In this document: positions 37,954 through 48,198 of the stretch, one piece after another
Layout: every line of letters starts with the position of its first letter
Numbering within the stretch: the stretch's first letter is position 1
Assembly (NCBI GenBank): GCA_963817525.1
Contig: CAWFOU010000008.1
Location: forward strand, 84,084 to 148,083
Source of the DNA: an uncultured archaeon
Lineage (GTDB): Archaea; Thermoproteota; Nitrososphaeria; Nitrososphaerales; Gagatemarchaeaceae
Direction of reading: 5' to 3'
DNA: 64,000 nucleotides
Made by a program: the position numbers and the translations under genes
The notes under the pieces: model-generated
Told to the model about the DNA's origin: nothing
Database searches by the model: none
The model's input: only the letters and a program-made list of their open reading frames with translations

Positions 37954-38889
37954 TTACTGAGGGCTCTTGAGGAGCTGGACTCCCACTCTCGTAGCCGCCT
38001 CGAGGGGCATGGTGCTCCCGAAAACTTCAGGGTGGATCATCTTGGACATGAGCTCGAGACCGTCGACGAGCCTAGGGCCTGGCCGTGAGTAGATGGCCGA
38101 GCCGTTGGTGGCGAAGACGTTCCCGTCCCTGACCGCGGCTAGCGACCGCCACCCCTCGTTCTTGGCGAGGAGAGGGATGTCCTTGGCTGCGCGCGCGGCG
38201 TCGAACCCGCACGGCATCAGGATGATGACCTCAGGGTCGTAGGCGACCACGCTCTCCCAGGGTATCTTCCGGGAGTCCCGTCCGGCCAGGCCCAGCGCGT
38301 CGCTCCCGCCGGCGATCTCGGCCATCTCCGGGACCCAGTGGCCAGAAGCGAAGACGGGGTCGAACCACTCGGCGCAGAAGACCCTCGGGCGCTCGAGCCC
38401 CTCCGCGCCCTCCCGCACGCCTTGGATCCTGGCCTCCAGACTCCCGACCAGCTCCTCGGCCGCGGGCTCCGCGTCGCACGCCCTTCCCACGGTAGCGATG
38501 TCCTCAAGGACCCCTGCGAGGCCCCTGGGCTTCAGCGAGACGACCTCGCAGCTCTTCGAGAGCTCGGAGATGGTCGAGAGGACGTCTCGCAGGGAGACCG
38601 AGCAGACGTCGCACAGCTCCTGAGTGATGACGACGTCGGGGGGGTTCTCTCGGAGGAGCGCCTTGTCGATGGTGTAGAGGCCGTGGCCGTGCCTCATGCT
38701 GTCCACGACCGCGTCGTCTATCTCGCGCTGGCTCATCCTGGAGCTGTCGACCAAAGACCTGATTGCGACCGGCTTGCTCCTCGCCTCGGGCGGATAGTCG
38801 CACTCGTGAGTCACGCCGCAGAGCTGGTCGCCCAGGCCCAGCGCGTAGACCATCTCGGTGGCGCTCGGGATGAAGGAGTAGATCCTCAA
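37954..38889 (-). CDS. BtuF-like (cobalamin/iron-complex) substrate-binding protein, no signal peptide
   Basis: RI.S..PSATE....LG, GVTHECDYP, TQELCDVC, EW.DP...GHWVPEM, PCGF, SRPGPRL. Confidence 0.85.
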   Translation of the reverse strand: MRIYSFIPSATEMVYALGLGDQLCGVTHECDYPPEARSKPVAIRSLVDSSRMSQREIDDAVVDSMRHGHGLYTIDKALLRENPPDVVITQELCDVCSVSLRDVLSTISELSKSCEVVSLKPRGLAGVLEDIATVGRACDAEPAAEELVGSLEARIQGVREGAEGLERPRVFCAEWFDPVFASGHWVPEMAEIAGGSDALGLAGRDSRKIPWESVVAYDPEVIILMPCGFDAARAAKDIPLLAKNEGWRSLAAVRDGNVFATNGSAIYSRPGPRLVDGLELMSKMIHPEVFGSTMPLEAATRVGVQLLKSPQ

Positions 38890-38936
38890 CGCCGGGAGAA
38901 AACCTCGGCTCTGCTAGATTAACGTTGCCGACGCGG

Positions 38937-40400
38937 TCAGAGTCCCCTCGGACGTTTCGCGGAGGTCCTTGTCATGGCGGCAACGGCGCCCACCACGACG
39001 AGCGCGACCAGCCACAGCGACGCGTCCGGGAACTCGGGGGCGGAGGTCGTGGTGCTGCTGCTCCCGGAGGACAGGGAGGAAGTCCCTGAGGCGCTCCCCA
39101 GGTAGACGTAGTTGACGCTCCCGGGAGAGACCTGCGCGACGCCGTTGGAATAGGCCACGTGGAGGTTGTCCGCGGACTCCGCGGTGTCCTGCCCGAAACT
39201 GTAGTACGAGGGGAAATAGCTCAGCACCCCGCCGGTCGAGTTGTCGTAGAGGAGCTGCATCGAGGCGCTCATCTGGTTGAAGTTGGTGGACTCCCCGTCG
39301 TTCTCGCCTCCGAACACGAACTCCGTGTCGTAGAAGGTGCCCTCGGGGGTGGTGCTGTTCCCGGAGACGTAGAAGTACGCGGTGGTCACCGTGGGGTCGT
39401 GGATCGTCAGGTCATCGAACCAGTCCATGGGCGACCCCGGCTCCGAGCCGTTCCTCAGGACCTGCGCGCCCATCTGCACCTGCACTCCCTGCCCCGCCTC
39501 GACCGTCTCGTTGATTGCCAGGGCGAGGTCTAACGGGAGGGAGTACGAAGAGTTGCCGAGCTCTACCCCGTAATAGTACTGCGTCTGCCCCGACTGCGAG
39601 TACGAGTACGTCAGGCCGCCCTCCGACGAAGTGATGGTGACGTTGCTCAGGAAGCCGCTCACGCTGTAGTTCCAGAGGTTGTCGCCGTACGCGATGTGTG
39701 AGGCGCCGGTCACAAAGTCAGGGGTGTTCTGCGCCCAGTATACCTGCTGGGCGCCGCCCTTCTCGTTGACCACGAGGACGGAGTTCAGCTGGAGGGTCGC
39801 GCCGGAGACGGTGGAGTTGGCCAGGTCCGCGGTGGCGTTGTGCGCGAGCAGGGATGCTATGTCCGCGACGCCTACCACCTCGTGAGCCGCCACGCTGTAG
39901 GGAGTGACGCTCCCCGACGCGTTTTCGAGGCCGAAGGTCGCTATGCCGCTCGGCTCGGGCGCGGTGATCGGCCCGGACTCGTAGGGCGAGTTGGGGTAGA
40001 GGTCGTAGTTGTAGGTCACGTTGGCGTTGGCCTCGTAGGCGTAGAACACGAGGAAGTAGTCGCCCTTGGGCACGTGCTCGGTGGCCTGGGCGGTCGTCGC
40101 GTTCTGGATGTAGACCGAGTTCGATATGTCGCTCTGGGAGGCGTTGAACGCCGAGAACTGCGAGGAGGACATTAACGCTGTGGTGACAGTTACGTTGCTG
40201 CCCACGTCGAAGACCAGCGAGTTCGTGCTCGCGGCGGCGTCTATGGAGATGTACTCGAAGTAGCCGTCGGGTACGTCCACCTGGAACTCGAGAGGAAGCG
40301 CGGAGGACCTGTGTGCGCTCGCAGCCGGTATGACCGCCAGCATCATCAGCGAGAACAGGGGGACGAGGGAATAGGCCCGATTGGCGCTGCGCGCTTTCAA
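38937..40400 (-). CDS. Thermopsin-family acid protease (A5) with N-terminal accessory domain and PEF-CTERM-like tail
   Basis: P.GIA.FG, ATLQLNSVL, YWAQN, DNLWNYS, DTEFVFGG, Y.FG.DTAES; APEFP + TM + basic tail. Confidence 0.88.
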   Translation of the reverse strand: MKARSANRAYSLVPLFSLMMLAVIPAASAHRSSALPLEFQVDVPDGYFEYISIDAAASTNSLVFDVGSNVTVTTALMSSSQFSAFNASQSDISNSVYIQNATTAQATEHVPKGDYFLVFYAYEANANVTYNYDLYPNSPYESGPITAPEPSGIATFGLENASGSVTPYSVAAHEVVGVADIASLLAHNATADLANSTVSGATLQLNSVLVVNEKGGAQQVYWAQNTPDFVTGASHIAYGDNLWNYSVSGFLSNVTITSSEGGLTYSYSQSGQTQYYYGVELGNSSYSLPLDLALAINETVEAGQGVQVQMGAQVLRNGSEPGSPMDWFDDLTIHDPTVTTAYFYVSGNSTTPEGTFYDTEFVFGGENDGESTNFNQMSASMQLLYDNSTGGVLSYFPSYYSFGQDTAESADNLHVAYSNGVAQVSPGSVNYVYLGSASGTSSLSSGSSSTTTSAPEFPDASLWLVALVVVGAVAAMTRTSAKRPRGL

Positions 40401-40582
40401 CGCTCGGAAGCTCCCGTCTTCCGGCTTGTAAACATTGGTCGGGCCTGGTCGTCGGGATTACGAACTTGGATCACGAGGGGGTTGAGTAAGCGTGCACCGG
40501 TGGGACACCCTTCGTCAATCGCCCAAAACGCATCAGGCAACTAACACAATAAATACTCGGCGCGGGGCGCGGCCATTAGCCC

Positions 40583-41956
40583 ATGACAAAGGTGGGGATC
40601 GAGGCTCTTTACGTCTACTCGCCCGAGTACTACGTCGACAACGCCGAGCTGGCCCTGGCCAGGGGGAGCGCCCCCAAGCACTTCACCGAGGGGCTGGGGG
40701 TCAAGACCTTCGCTGTCCCTCCGCCCAACGAGGACCAGTCGAGCATGGCGGCGACCGCCGCCCACCGCCTCATGGAGACGTACGGGATCTCGCCGAAGGA
40801 CATCTTCCGTATAGACACGCCAACGGAGAGTGGGCTGGACAGTTCGCGGGCGCTCGTCTCCGACGTGGTGGGGATGCTCGAGCAGGTCTACGGGAACGGG
40901 AGCCTCTCCCACGTTTTGGGATACGAGCAGAAGTTCGCCTGCGTCAGCGGGATGGAGCGCTACCTGGACACGAGCGCCTGGTTCGCGGCTGGCTGGAACA
41001 CGTCAAAGTACGCCCTGATAGTCGCGACAGACGTCGCAAAGTACGACCTCAAGAGCAGGGAGGAGCCTACTCAAGGGGCGGCCGCGGCGGCTGTTCTCGT
41101 CGGCAAGGACCCCAGCCTCTTCGAGATAATCCCAGGCGCGTTCGGGTCCGCCCTCAGGCACGAGAAGGGCGATTTCAAGAAGCCCGGAGGGAGGACGGTC
41201 GCGTTGGTCGACGGCATGAGGTCGTACGCCTCATACCTGACCGAGATGAAGCTCGCCTGGCTCAACTTCCAGAAGGCCGCCGTTAGAGCGGGGATGGTCA
41301 AGCAATCGGGCGACTTTGCGACGATAGACGGAATCGACAAGGCGATCTATCACAACCCTCACAAGAAGATGGTCATCTCGGCTTACGCTTCGCTGCTGAT
41401 GCACGAGTGGAGATCCCTGCCAAGATGGAAAGATGTCGTGTCTACCATAGGTCAGGAGCCCTCGAGGGAGGGGATGGACGACCTCGCCTACTACATGAGC
41501 GATGGCTATGGCGACTTCAGGCGCAAGTTCATGAACTCGAACGCCTTCACCGACGACTTTGAGAAGCGCGTCGGAAGCTCAGTGATAGGCCCGGAGCTGG
41601 TCGGGAACTCGTACTCCGTCTCGGTCTTCGTAGGCCTGGACAGCATGTTCGAAAACGACAAGGACGACCTAGGGGGGAAGAGGGTGGTGCTCTGCGGGTA
41701 CGGGAGCGGTAGCCACGCCGTCATCCAGGCCAACACGATCCCCCACGGGTTCAAGGCCGTCTCGAAGAGGCTCGACCTCATGCAGCGGCTCAACTCGAGG
41801 AGGAAGCTCTCGATAGAGGAGTACGAGATGATCCACGAGGGCAGGATGAACCCGAGCGAGTGGCCTCCCGGCGCTTCCAGGCGTTTTGTCCTAAACAGCA
41901 TCGGTCAGGAGGGGACGCGTGCCGAAGGCGACAGGCTGTACACGCTCGCGAACTGA
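40583..41956 (+). CDS. Hydroxymethylglutaryl-CoA synthase
   Basis: VGIEA...Y.P, ED..SM, TES..D, KFACVSG catalytic Cys, DVAKY...S.EEPTQGA, H.P, GNSY, YGSG. Confidence 0.9.
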   Translation: MTKVGIEALYVYSPEYYVDNAELALARGSAPKHFTEGLGVKTFAVPPPNEDQSSMAATAAHRLMETYGISPKDIFRIDTPTESGLDSSRALVSDVVGMLEQVYGNGSLSHVLGYEQKFACVSGMERYLDTSAWFAAGWNTSKYALIVATDVAKYDLKSREEPTQGAAAAAVLVGKDPSLFEIIPGAFGSALRHEKGDFKKPGGRTVALVDGMRSYASYLTEMKLAWLNFQKAAVRAGMVKQSGDFATIDGIDKAIYHNPHKKMVISAYASLLMHEWRSLPRWKDVVSTIGQEPSREGMDDLAYYMSDGYGDFRRKFMNSNAFTDDFEKRVGSSVIGPELVGNSYSVSVFVGLDSMFENDKDDLGGKRVVLCGYGSGSHAVIQANTIPHGFKAVSKRLDLMQRLNSRRKLSIEEYEMIHEGRMNPSEWPPGASRRFVLNSIGQEGTRAEGDRLYTLAN

Positions 41957-41984
41957 GGGCGGCGGCCGGCGGCCTTCCGCGTCT

Positions 41985-42320
41985 CTAGCCCTTTAGGACC
42001 GCGTCGATCTTCTGCTTGTACATAGAGGCCGGGCCCGCCCCTATGACGGTGGAGGCCACCTGGCCGTTCTTGAAGACGATTATCGTGGGGATGCTCATGA
42101 TGCCGTACTTCATGGCGATGTCGGGGTTCTCGTCGGTGTTGACCTTGGCGAACTTTACCTTCCCGTCATATTCCTTAGATAGCTGCTCTATGATCGGGGA
42201 GACCATCCGGCAAGGTCCGCACCAATCGGCGTAAAAGTCGACTACCGCTGGCGTCTGTGATTTTAGGACTTCCTTCTCGAACTCGGAGGATTTCAAGTGC
42301 GGGAGCGTCTTGGTCTCCAA
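41985..42320 (-). CDS. trxA: Thioredoxin
   Basis: DFYADWCGPC, IMSIPT. Confidence 0.96.
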   Translation of the reverse strand: METKTLPHLKSSEFEKEVLKSQTPAVVDFYADWCGPCRMVSPIIEQLSKEYDGKVKFAKVNTDENPDIAMKYGIMSIPTIIVFKNGQVASTVIGAGPASMYKQKIDAVLKG

Positions 42321-42414
42321 TTTGTATTCGCAATCCGCGCGCGTTCAGGCCCCCTTTTATGCCTTTGGAGCGGTTTGCGAGAATCGTGGGAATTTGGCGC
42401 GGATGTGGCTTTTC

Positions 42415-42978
42415 TTAGCTCGAAAGACCGGCCATCTTCAGAACCTCGGCCCGGCGGAAGCATTCGGGCGCGTGGTCGTTTACGATGCCCGTGGCCTGCA
42501 TCCAAGCGTAGACTATCACCGGTCCGACGAACTTGAACCCCCGTCCCTTCAGGAGCTTGGACAGATCCTCCGAGAGGGGCGTGCTTGCGGGGACGAGTCC
42601 CGTGCCCTGCAACGGCCTCCCGCCCGCGGCGCCCCAGACGAACTCCGAAAAGTCCTCCCCCGCGGCCTGCATGGAGTTGTAGACGCGGGCGCCCGCGATG
42701 GTCGCCTCGATCTTTGCCCTCGAGCGCACGATTCCCGGGTCCTCGAGCAGCCGCTCGACGTCCGACTTGCCGAAGCGGGCGACCGGCTCGGGGTCGAAGT
42801 CCCTGAAGGCTCTGCGAAAAGCGTCGCGCTTGCGTAGGATGATCGTCCAAGACAACCCCGCCTGAAATCCCTCTAGCATCAGAGTCTCCCAGAGCTTCCT
42901 CCCGTCGCGCTCCGGGACGCCCCACTCCTCGTCATGGTAGGCGGGGAGGAGCTGGTCACCCTCCGCCCACGAGCAGCG
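42415..42978 (-). CDS. tag: DNA-3-methyladenine glycosylase I, no in-frame canonical start
   Basis: RCSW...YHDEEWGVP..D.RKLWE.L.LEGFQAGLSW, F.FVGP, QA.G.VNDH...C; conserved N-terminus extends upstream of track ATG 42879. Confidence 0.85.
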   Translation of the reverse strand, partial: RCSWAEGDQLLPAYHDEEWGVPERDGRKLWETLMLEGFQAGLSWTIILRKRDAFRRAFRDFDPEPVARFGKSDVERLLEDPGIVRSRAKIEATIAGARVYNSMQAAGEDFSEFVWGAAGGRPLQGTGLVPASTPLSEDLSKLLKGRGFKFVGPVIVYAWMQATGIVNDHAPECFRRAEVLKMAGLSS

Positions 42979-43012
42979 CCGCGCTGCGTCCTGGCGGGAG
43001 GCCTTCCCGAGG

Positions 43013-43360
43013 TCAGAGCGAGAACTTGATGCTGGCGTCCTTGTCGAGCTTCTTCAGCTCCGTCATGACATGCTCCTTGTCCTCTTCCGCGGCGACGGTC
43101 CTGTAGACCAGACCCTTCACGGCGCCGTGGTCCCTGAAGGTGTCGAGGTACCACCCGCAGACCAGCATGTCGTGGGGCTGCTTCTTGTTCTTCAAGACCG
43201 TGATCGCGTTGTACGGGGTGGGGTGGTAGATGTGGACGGGGTTGGCCTCGTACTGCCTCTTGACGTCCATCGGTATCATCTGCGCGCCGGTCGGGACCGA
43301 CTCGAGCCCCGAGACCTGCGTCCGCTTCTTCGCCCCTCCTCCCGAGAACGGGTTCTTCAT
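43013..43360 (-). CDS. Hypothetical protein
   Basis: ATG 43360, strong codon bias. Confidence 0.7.
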   Translation of the reverse strand: MKNPFSGGGAKKRTQVSGLESVPTGAQMIPMDVKRQYEANPVHIYHPTPYNAITVLKNKKQPHDMLVCGWYLDTFRDHGAVKGLVYRTVAAEEDKEHVMTELKKLDKDASIKFSL

Positions 43361-43444
43361 GCGACGTTCCTGGACGGCGTCGGCGGCAGGCGGTAAAACC
43401 TTTCCGTCGGGCCTAGGGCCGCGACGAGAGGCAACAATCTAATA

Positions 43445-45100
43445 GTGAGCCACCGGGGAGAAAGTCCGGCAATCCTCACAGTGACCGAAGCAGAGGGAAG
43501 GGAAGAGCGGCGGCGCGGCGGACCGGGCGAGGGGCGCTACTTCGTGAGGCAGGCGACGGGCCTGGTGAGGCAGTTCTCCGCGATAGACGTCTTCACTTGG
43601 AGCATCATCTTCTTCCCGTGGCTCACAAGCTGGGCGGGGATCTTCTGGGTCACGCCCGACTACTACCACAACGTCAACTACTACGCGAGCCTCGCTGTGT
43701 GGGCCGTCATCGCGATGGTCATCGTGCTCCTCTACTGGCAGCTCACGACTGCCATGCCACGCTCGGGCGGGGACTATGTCTTCATCTCCAGGGTGCTCTC
43801 GAGCCCGGTGGGCTTCGTCGCGAGCTTCCTGTTCTTCGTGGCCATCCTGATCTCGGCGGGGTCGGGATCCTACTGGGCGTTCTCCGAGGCCGGGACCCAG
43901 CTCTCTTTTGCGGGGCCGGTCCTGGGCGACTCTGGCCTCACGTCCTTGGGGAACTTCATCACGCCGGGGGTCTCGAGCTCGCCGGCGACACTGATGACGG
44001 TCGGGATCGCCATCCTGGCAGTCGGGGCCGTGCTGGTGATAACGGGGGGGCGGCTCTTCAGGCTGGTGGTCTACTCCTTCTTCGGGTATGGCGTCTTCAC
44101 CATGCTGCTGGTGATGGCGATATTCCTCGCGAGCAGCCACACCGACTTTGTAAAGGCATACGACTCGTACTTCCAGGGGGGAGTGGCCGGGGTCTTCAAG
44201 GACGCAGCCTCGGCGGGGTACGTCCAGGGGGCGAGCCTGGCGAACCTCGGCGCGGTGGTCCCGCTCCTCTTTGTGAGCATAGGCCCCTACCCCGTCATGC
44301 AGTTCGTCGGGGGGGAGATCCGGAGGCCGCGCACCTCCCTGCTCTACGGCCTGGTCCTCGCGGAGGCCGTCTCGATAGCGGTCTGGTTCGGGCTCACGTA
44401 CATGCTCGACCACGTGATAGGCCTCCCCTTCATCGAGGCTTGGGCGATTCAGAACGGCGGCGGCGGAGCCCCCCTCTCGACCGTCCCCACAGCCTTCGCC
44501 ACAGTGCTCGACCCGAGCAGCCTTCTCCTATGGCTCATCGTGATAGGCCTCTTCATCGGGAACATCGGCTGGTCCTGGCTCAGCCTGGTCTTCATCAGCA
44601 GGCTGTTCCTCGCGTGGTCGTTCGACAGGGTGATGCCCCAGTGGCTGTCCAAGGTCAGCGATAGGTTCCACACGCCGGCCATTGCCATCGGGCTTGCCGC
44701 CGCGCTCGCCCTGATACCGATGTACCTCCAGTACTTCACGTCGTTCATCTCGGCGCAGGTGAACGCCATCTTCTTCTACAGCGTGGTCTGGTTCCTCGCG
44801 GCCCTCAGCGCGGTCCTGCTGCCCTTCATGAGGCGGGACATCTACGAGTCGGCGACCGGAGCCAAGAGGCGGCGCATCCCTGCGATCTCGGTCTTGGGGG
44901 CGGCCGCTGCAGGGCTCTTCGCATACCTAGGGTACAACAGCATCTCCAACCCTGCGGTCGGGCCCTTCCAGTTCTCCGCCCAGGTCGTGGTCGGCCTGAT
45001 CATCCTCGTCCCCGTCGTCATCTACGGGCTTTCATACAGGTATCACAAGGCGAGGGGGGTGGACCTCATGATGGCGCAGTCGGAGCTCCCGCCGGAGTAG
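43445..45100 (+). CDS. APC-family amino acid/amine permease (archaeal subfamily)
   Basis: FVRQATGLVR, AMPRSGGDYVF.SR, GGEI, SR..LAWSFD, V..RFHTP; 12 TM. Confidence 0.9.
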   Translation: MSHRGESPAILTVTEAEGREERRRGGPGEGRYFVRQATGLVRQFSAIDVFTWSIIFFPWLTSWAGIFWVTPDYYHNVNYYASLAVWAVIAMVIVLLYWQLTTAMPRSGGDYVFISRVLSSPVGFVASFLFFVAILISAGSGSYWAFSEAGTQLSFAGPVLGDSGLTSLGNFITPGVSSSPATLMTVGIAILAVGAVLVITGGRLFRLVVYSFFGYGVFTMLLVMAIFLASSHTDFVKAYDSYFQGGVAGVFKDAASAGYVQGASLANLGAVVPLLFVSIGPYPVMQFVGGEIRRPRTSLLYGLVLAEAVSIAVWFGLTYMLDHVIGLPFIEAWAIQNGGGGAPLSTVPTAFATVLDPSSLLLWLIVIGLFIGNIGWSWLSLVFISRLFLAWSFDRVMPQWLSKVSDRFHTPAIAIGLAAALALIPMYLQYFTSFISAQVNAIFFYSVVWFLAALSAVLLPFMRRDIYESATGAKRRRIPAISVLGAAAAGLFAYLGYNSISNPAVGPFQFSAQVVVGLIILVPVVIYGLSYRYHKARGVDLMMAQSELPPE

Positions 45101-45110
45101 AGGGGCGACC

Positions 45111-45836
45111 ATGCCTTCCGCCCCCAAGATCATCGACGCCCACGCCCACGTGGGGAAGTTCGGGAGCTGGGCCAACGTGTCCGCGTCCGCCCGGCAGCTC
45201 CTCGAAAAGATGGACGAATCGGGGGTCGAGAGGTCGGTCCTCTTCGGCCCAGACAACCTCCTCGTCAGGGACGCCGTCCGGAGGCACCCGACGAGGTTCG
45301 TGGGGTACGTGTGGCCGAACCCCCACGACAAGGGGGCGCTACCGCTGGTCCGAGAGGCCGTGAAGCGATGGGGTTTCAGGGGGGTGAAGCTCCACCCGCT
45401 CGTGCACGCCTTCCTCCCCACCGACGAGGAGGTCATCCCAATAGTCGAGTTCGCGCGCAAGGAGAAGATACCCGTCGCCATCCACTCCGGCCACCCTCCC
45501 TTCTCGCTCCCATGGAGCATAGGGGAGCTGGCGGAGATGTACCCGGAGGTCAGGGTGGTGATGCTTCACATGGGGCACGCTCACGGGGTCTACATCAAGG
45601 CCGCGATAGACACGGCGAGGAGGTACGACAACATCATCCTCGAGACGTCTGGGGTGTCGATGCACTCCAAGATCAAGGAGGCCGTCGAGAGGGTGGGCGA
45701 GGGGAGGGTGGTGTTCGGCTCTGACTACCCGTTCCACGACTACACGGTCGAGCTCCAGAAGGTGAAGGTGGCCGGCCTCACAGAGAGCCAGGAAGAGATG
45801 GTGCTCTACAGCAACGCGAAGAGGCTCCTGCTGTGA
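45111..45836 (+). CDS. Amidohydrolase_2 family metal-dependent hydrolase
   Basis: IIDAHAH, GVKLHP, IHSG, LHMG, ETS, FGSDYP, NAKRLL. Confidence 0.9.
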   Translation: MPSAPKIIDAHAHVGKFGSWANVSASARQLLEKMDESGVERSVLFGPDNLLVRDAVRRHPTRFVGYVWPNPHDKGALPLVREAVKRWGFRGVKLHPLVHAFLPTDEEVIPIVEFARKEKIPVAIHSGHPPFSLPWSIGELAEMYPEVRVVMLHMGHAHGVYIKAAIDTARRYDNIILETSGVSMHSKIKEAVERVGEGRVVFGSDYPFHDYTVELQKVKVAGLTESQEEMVLYSNAKRLLL

Positions 45837-45837
45837 C

Positions 45838-47298
45838 TCAGGCCGTGGACAGGCTCTTCACGTAGGCGGCCTCGTCGAGCTTGGAGAAGCCCAGGTCGAG
45901 CGACTGCCCGGGGCGCATGAGCTCCAGCACCGCCTTCCCTGCTCCCCTCTGCCTCCAGTAGGCGTCCCCGAACCGGGAGACGAGCGAGTTCCTCAGCTCC
46001 AAGGCCCGGACGGCCGCCACGAGGTAGGAGGGGGAGTAGAGGATGTATTCTGGCATCACGTGGTGGAGCTTCCAGTACGCCCCGGGATACCTGATGCCCA
46101 GGAAGCGCTCGGTCAGGTCGGCGTAGAGGCCGTCGAGCGACGAAAAGTCCAGGGACTCCCGCCAGTACCTGAGCTTCAGGGTGGAGTTGGCCGCGTAGAA
46201 GGTCGCGAAGTAGAGGCTGTTGAACCTGTAGCGCTCCAGGATGTCCCCTGCAGCGTCCTCTGGGAGGCCCAGCTCAGAGGTCAGGAAGAGCCTCTCGTGC
46301 ATGAGCCCCTCGAAGAAGATGGAGAATATCTCGGCGACCCCGTTGGCGACGCCATACCTGTCGTAGAAGCTCGCGCGGGGGTCGATGGAGGAGAAGTGGA
46401 TGGCGTGCCCGAACTCGTGGAAGACCGCCGAGAAGTCCTCGAAGGGGTTCGCCTTCCGGTATGAGATCCTCACGTCGGACGGTATCTTGATACCCGAGCA
46501 GAAGGCGGAGGCGTTCTTGCCCTTGCGGTCGGCGGCGTCGACCTCGATCTTCGAAGCGTCCAGGCCTATCCTCTTCATCGTCCTGACAATCTTTGGGATG
46601 GGCCTCTGCTTCGTGGGGAGATCCTTCGCGTACCTCTTGAAGACCCTGTTCCTGAAGAAGTAAAAGTCGTCGTAATACTCCGCAGGTCTCCCGATTATCT
46701 CCGAGGAGTATTTCTCGAGCGACTCCCCGAAGGGAGACCTGGCGAGCTCCCCGAGGCGCTGGACCATCGAGATCAGCCTTTCGTAGGAGACGCCCTCGTG
46801 CTCGAGGTAGGCCGCGAGAGGGTCGGTCCCGAAGTTCGCCAGGAGCTCCTTGTACGTCTCGAACCTCCTCTGGATTATCGGTGCCAGGACGGAAGACTTT
46901 GCGATGAAGTCGTCGAAGACCTTCTTCCGGGCCGACGAGTCGTCCGAGCTTGCCGCGAACTGCCTCCAAGACCCCCAGTTTACGGGGGCGCCACCGAACT
47001 TAAACTCGTGCGAGACCACCTTCGTGGCCCTGGCCTCGTGCAGCTGCAGGAGCTGCCTGTAGGTCCCCGCCGCCCCGATGGAGGCGACGGACATGAGGAA
47101 CAGTCCGCGCGAGGCGTCCCTGACGCGTCCGAAGGTCTTCACGTAGCGCGAGTAGTGGGTCTTGGAACTGCCCTCGAGCGAGGCGAGCTTCTTCTTGTCG
47201 AACTTCAGCCCGACGAGTTGCTTGAAGTAGAGCAGGTTCTTCTTTGTCTCGAGGGACTCGGCCTCCTTGGTCCAGGACGCTAGCTTAGAGGAGGGCAT
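45838..47298 (-). CDS. Gluzincin (M3-like) metallopeptidase
   Basis: HEFGH motif, downstream AEIFS third ligand, AFC..I.IP.DV. Confidence 0.75.
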   Translation of the reverse strand: MPSSKLASWTKEAESLETKKNLLYFKQLVGLKFDKKKLASLEGSSKTHYSRYVKTFGRVRDASRGLFLMSVASIGAAGTYRQLLQLHEARATKVVSHEFKFGGAPVNWGSWRQFAASSDDSSARKKVFDDFIAKSSVLAPIIQRRFETYKELLANFGTDPLAAYLEHEGVSYERLISMVQRLGELARSPFGESLEKYSSEIIGRPAEYYDDFYFFRNRVFKRYAKDLPTKQRPIPKIVRTMKRIGLDASKIEVDAADRKGKNASAFCSGIKIPSDVRISYRKANPFEDFSAVFHEFGHAIHFSSIDPRASFYDRYGVANGVAEIFSIFFEGLMHERLFLTSELGLPEDAAGDILERYRFNSLYFATFYAANSTLKLRYWRESLDFSSLDGLYADLTERFLGIRYPGAYWKLHHVMPEYILYSPSYLVAAVRALELRNSLVSRFGDAYWRQRGAGKAVLELMRPGQSLDLGFSKLDEAAYVKSLSTA

Positions 47299-47370
47299 CG
47301 CAGAGACGGGTGGGGTCGGGGCGGATAATATCCTTCTCGCGAGAGCCGTGAAAGCGGCAGCATCGTCATC

Positions 47371-48198
47371 CTAGGCGACGAGCCGGTTCAGGCCCCATTT
47401 GGTCCTGACGCTCTCCTCCAGCCTGTAGAAGAGCAGTCTGTCGGCCGCGAGGCCTATCGAGAATATCACCATCATCGAGACGATCACCTCACTCATCTTC
47501 AGGAACTGGCTGCCGTCGTAGAGGATACCGCCTAGCCCGATGGCGCCCATGAGCATCTCCGCGCCTATGAGGGCATGCCAGGCGAACGACCACGCCTGCC
47601 TCACCCCGGCGATGAGGGACGGCATGGCCGCGGGCATCATCACGCTCCCGAAGAGCGCGAGGTTTCCGGTCCCCATGTTCTTCGCGGCCCTGATGTATAT
47701 CGAGGGGGTGTTCCTCAGACCGCTGTACGTCGACATCATAATCGAGAAGACCGAACTCAGCACCACGACGAAGAGTATCGCGGCGTTGTCGAGACCGATT
47801 ATGATTATGGCGAAGGGGACCCAGGCGAGGCTGGGGAACGACTGCAGTCCGAGGCTGAAGGAGTTCATCATCCTTCCGAAGCGCTTGAAGTAGACCATCA
47901 AGACGCCCGCCCCGAGCCCCAGCACCAGGGTCACCCCAAAGTCCACCACGATGCGCTCCAGCGTGTCGGCGACGCCTGCTTGTAGGGTCCCGGCCTTTTC
48001 CAGGACGAGGAACTCGGCCCAGGTCGCGCTCGGCGACGGGAAGAGGTACGGCGGCCAGATCTTCAGCCAGAAGACGACCTGCCACGCGACGACGAAGACC
48101 ACGAGGCCTACGACGATGTCGAGGACAGTGGTCAGCGCCTGCCTCCTCTCGCGCCTGGACCTGCTCTCAGTGGCTGAGATTGTCTTCGCTTGTTGCAA
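47371..48198 (-). CDS. NitT/TauT/SsuC-family ABC permease
   Basis: LFPSP, LQSFPSLAWVP, YIRAAKNMG, WHALIGAEM...GLG. Confidence 0.93.
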   Translation of the reverse strand: MQQAKTISATESRSRRERRQALTTVLDIVVGLVVFVVAWQVVFWLKIWPPYLFPSPSATWAEFLVLEKAGTLQAGVADTLERIVVDFGVTLVLGLGAGVLMVYFKRFGRMMNSFSLGLQSFPSLAWVPFAIIIIGLDNAAILFVVVLSSVFSIMMSTYSGLRNTPSIYIRAAKNMGTGNLALFGSVMMPAAMPSLIAGVRQAWSFAWHALIGAEMLMGAIGLGGILYDGSQFLKMSEVIVSMMVIFSIGLAADRLLFYRLEESVRTKWGLNRLVA

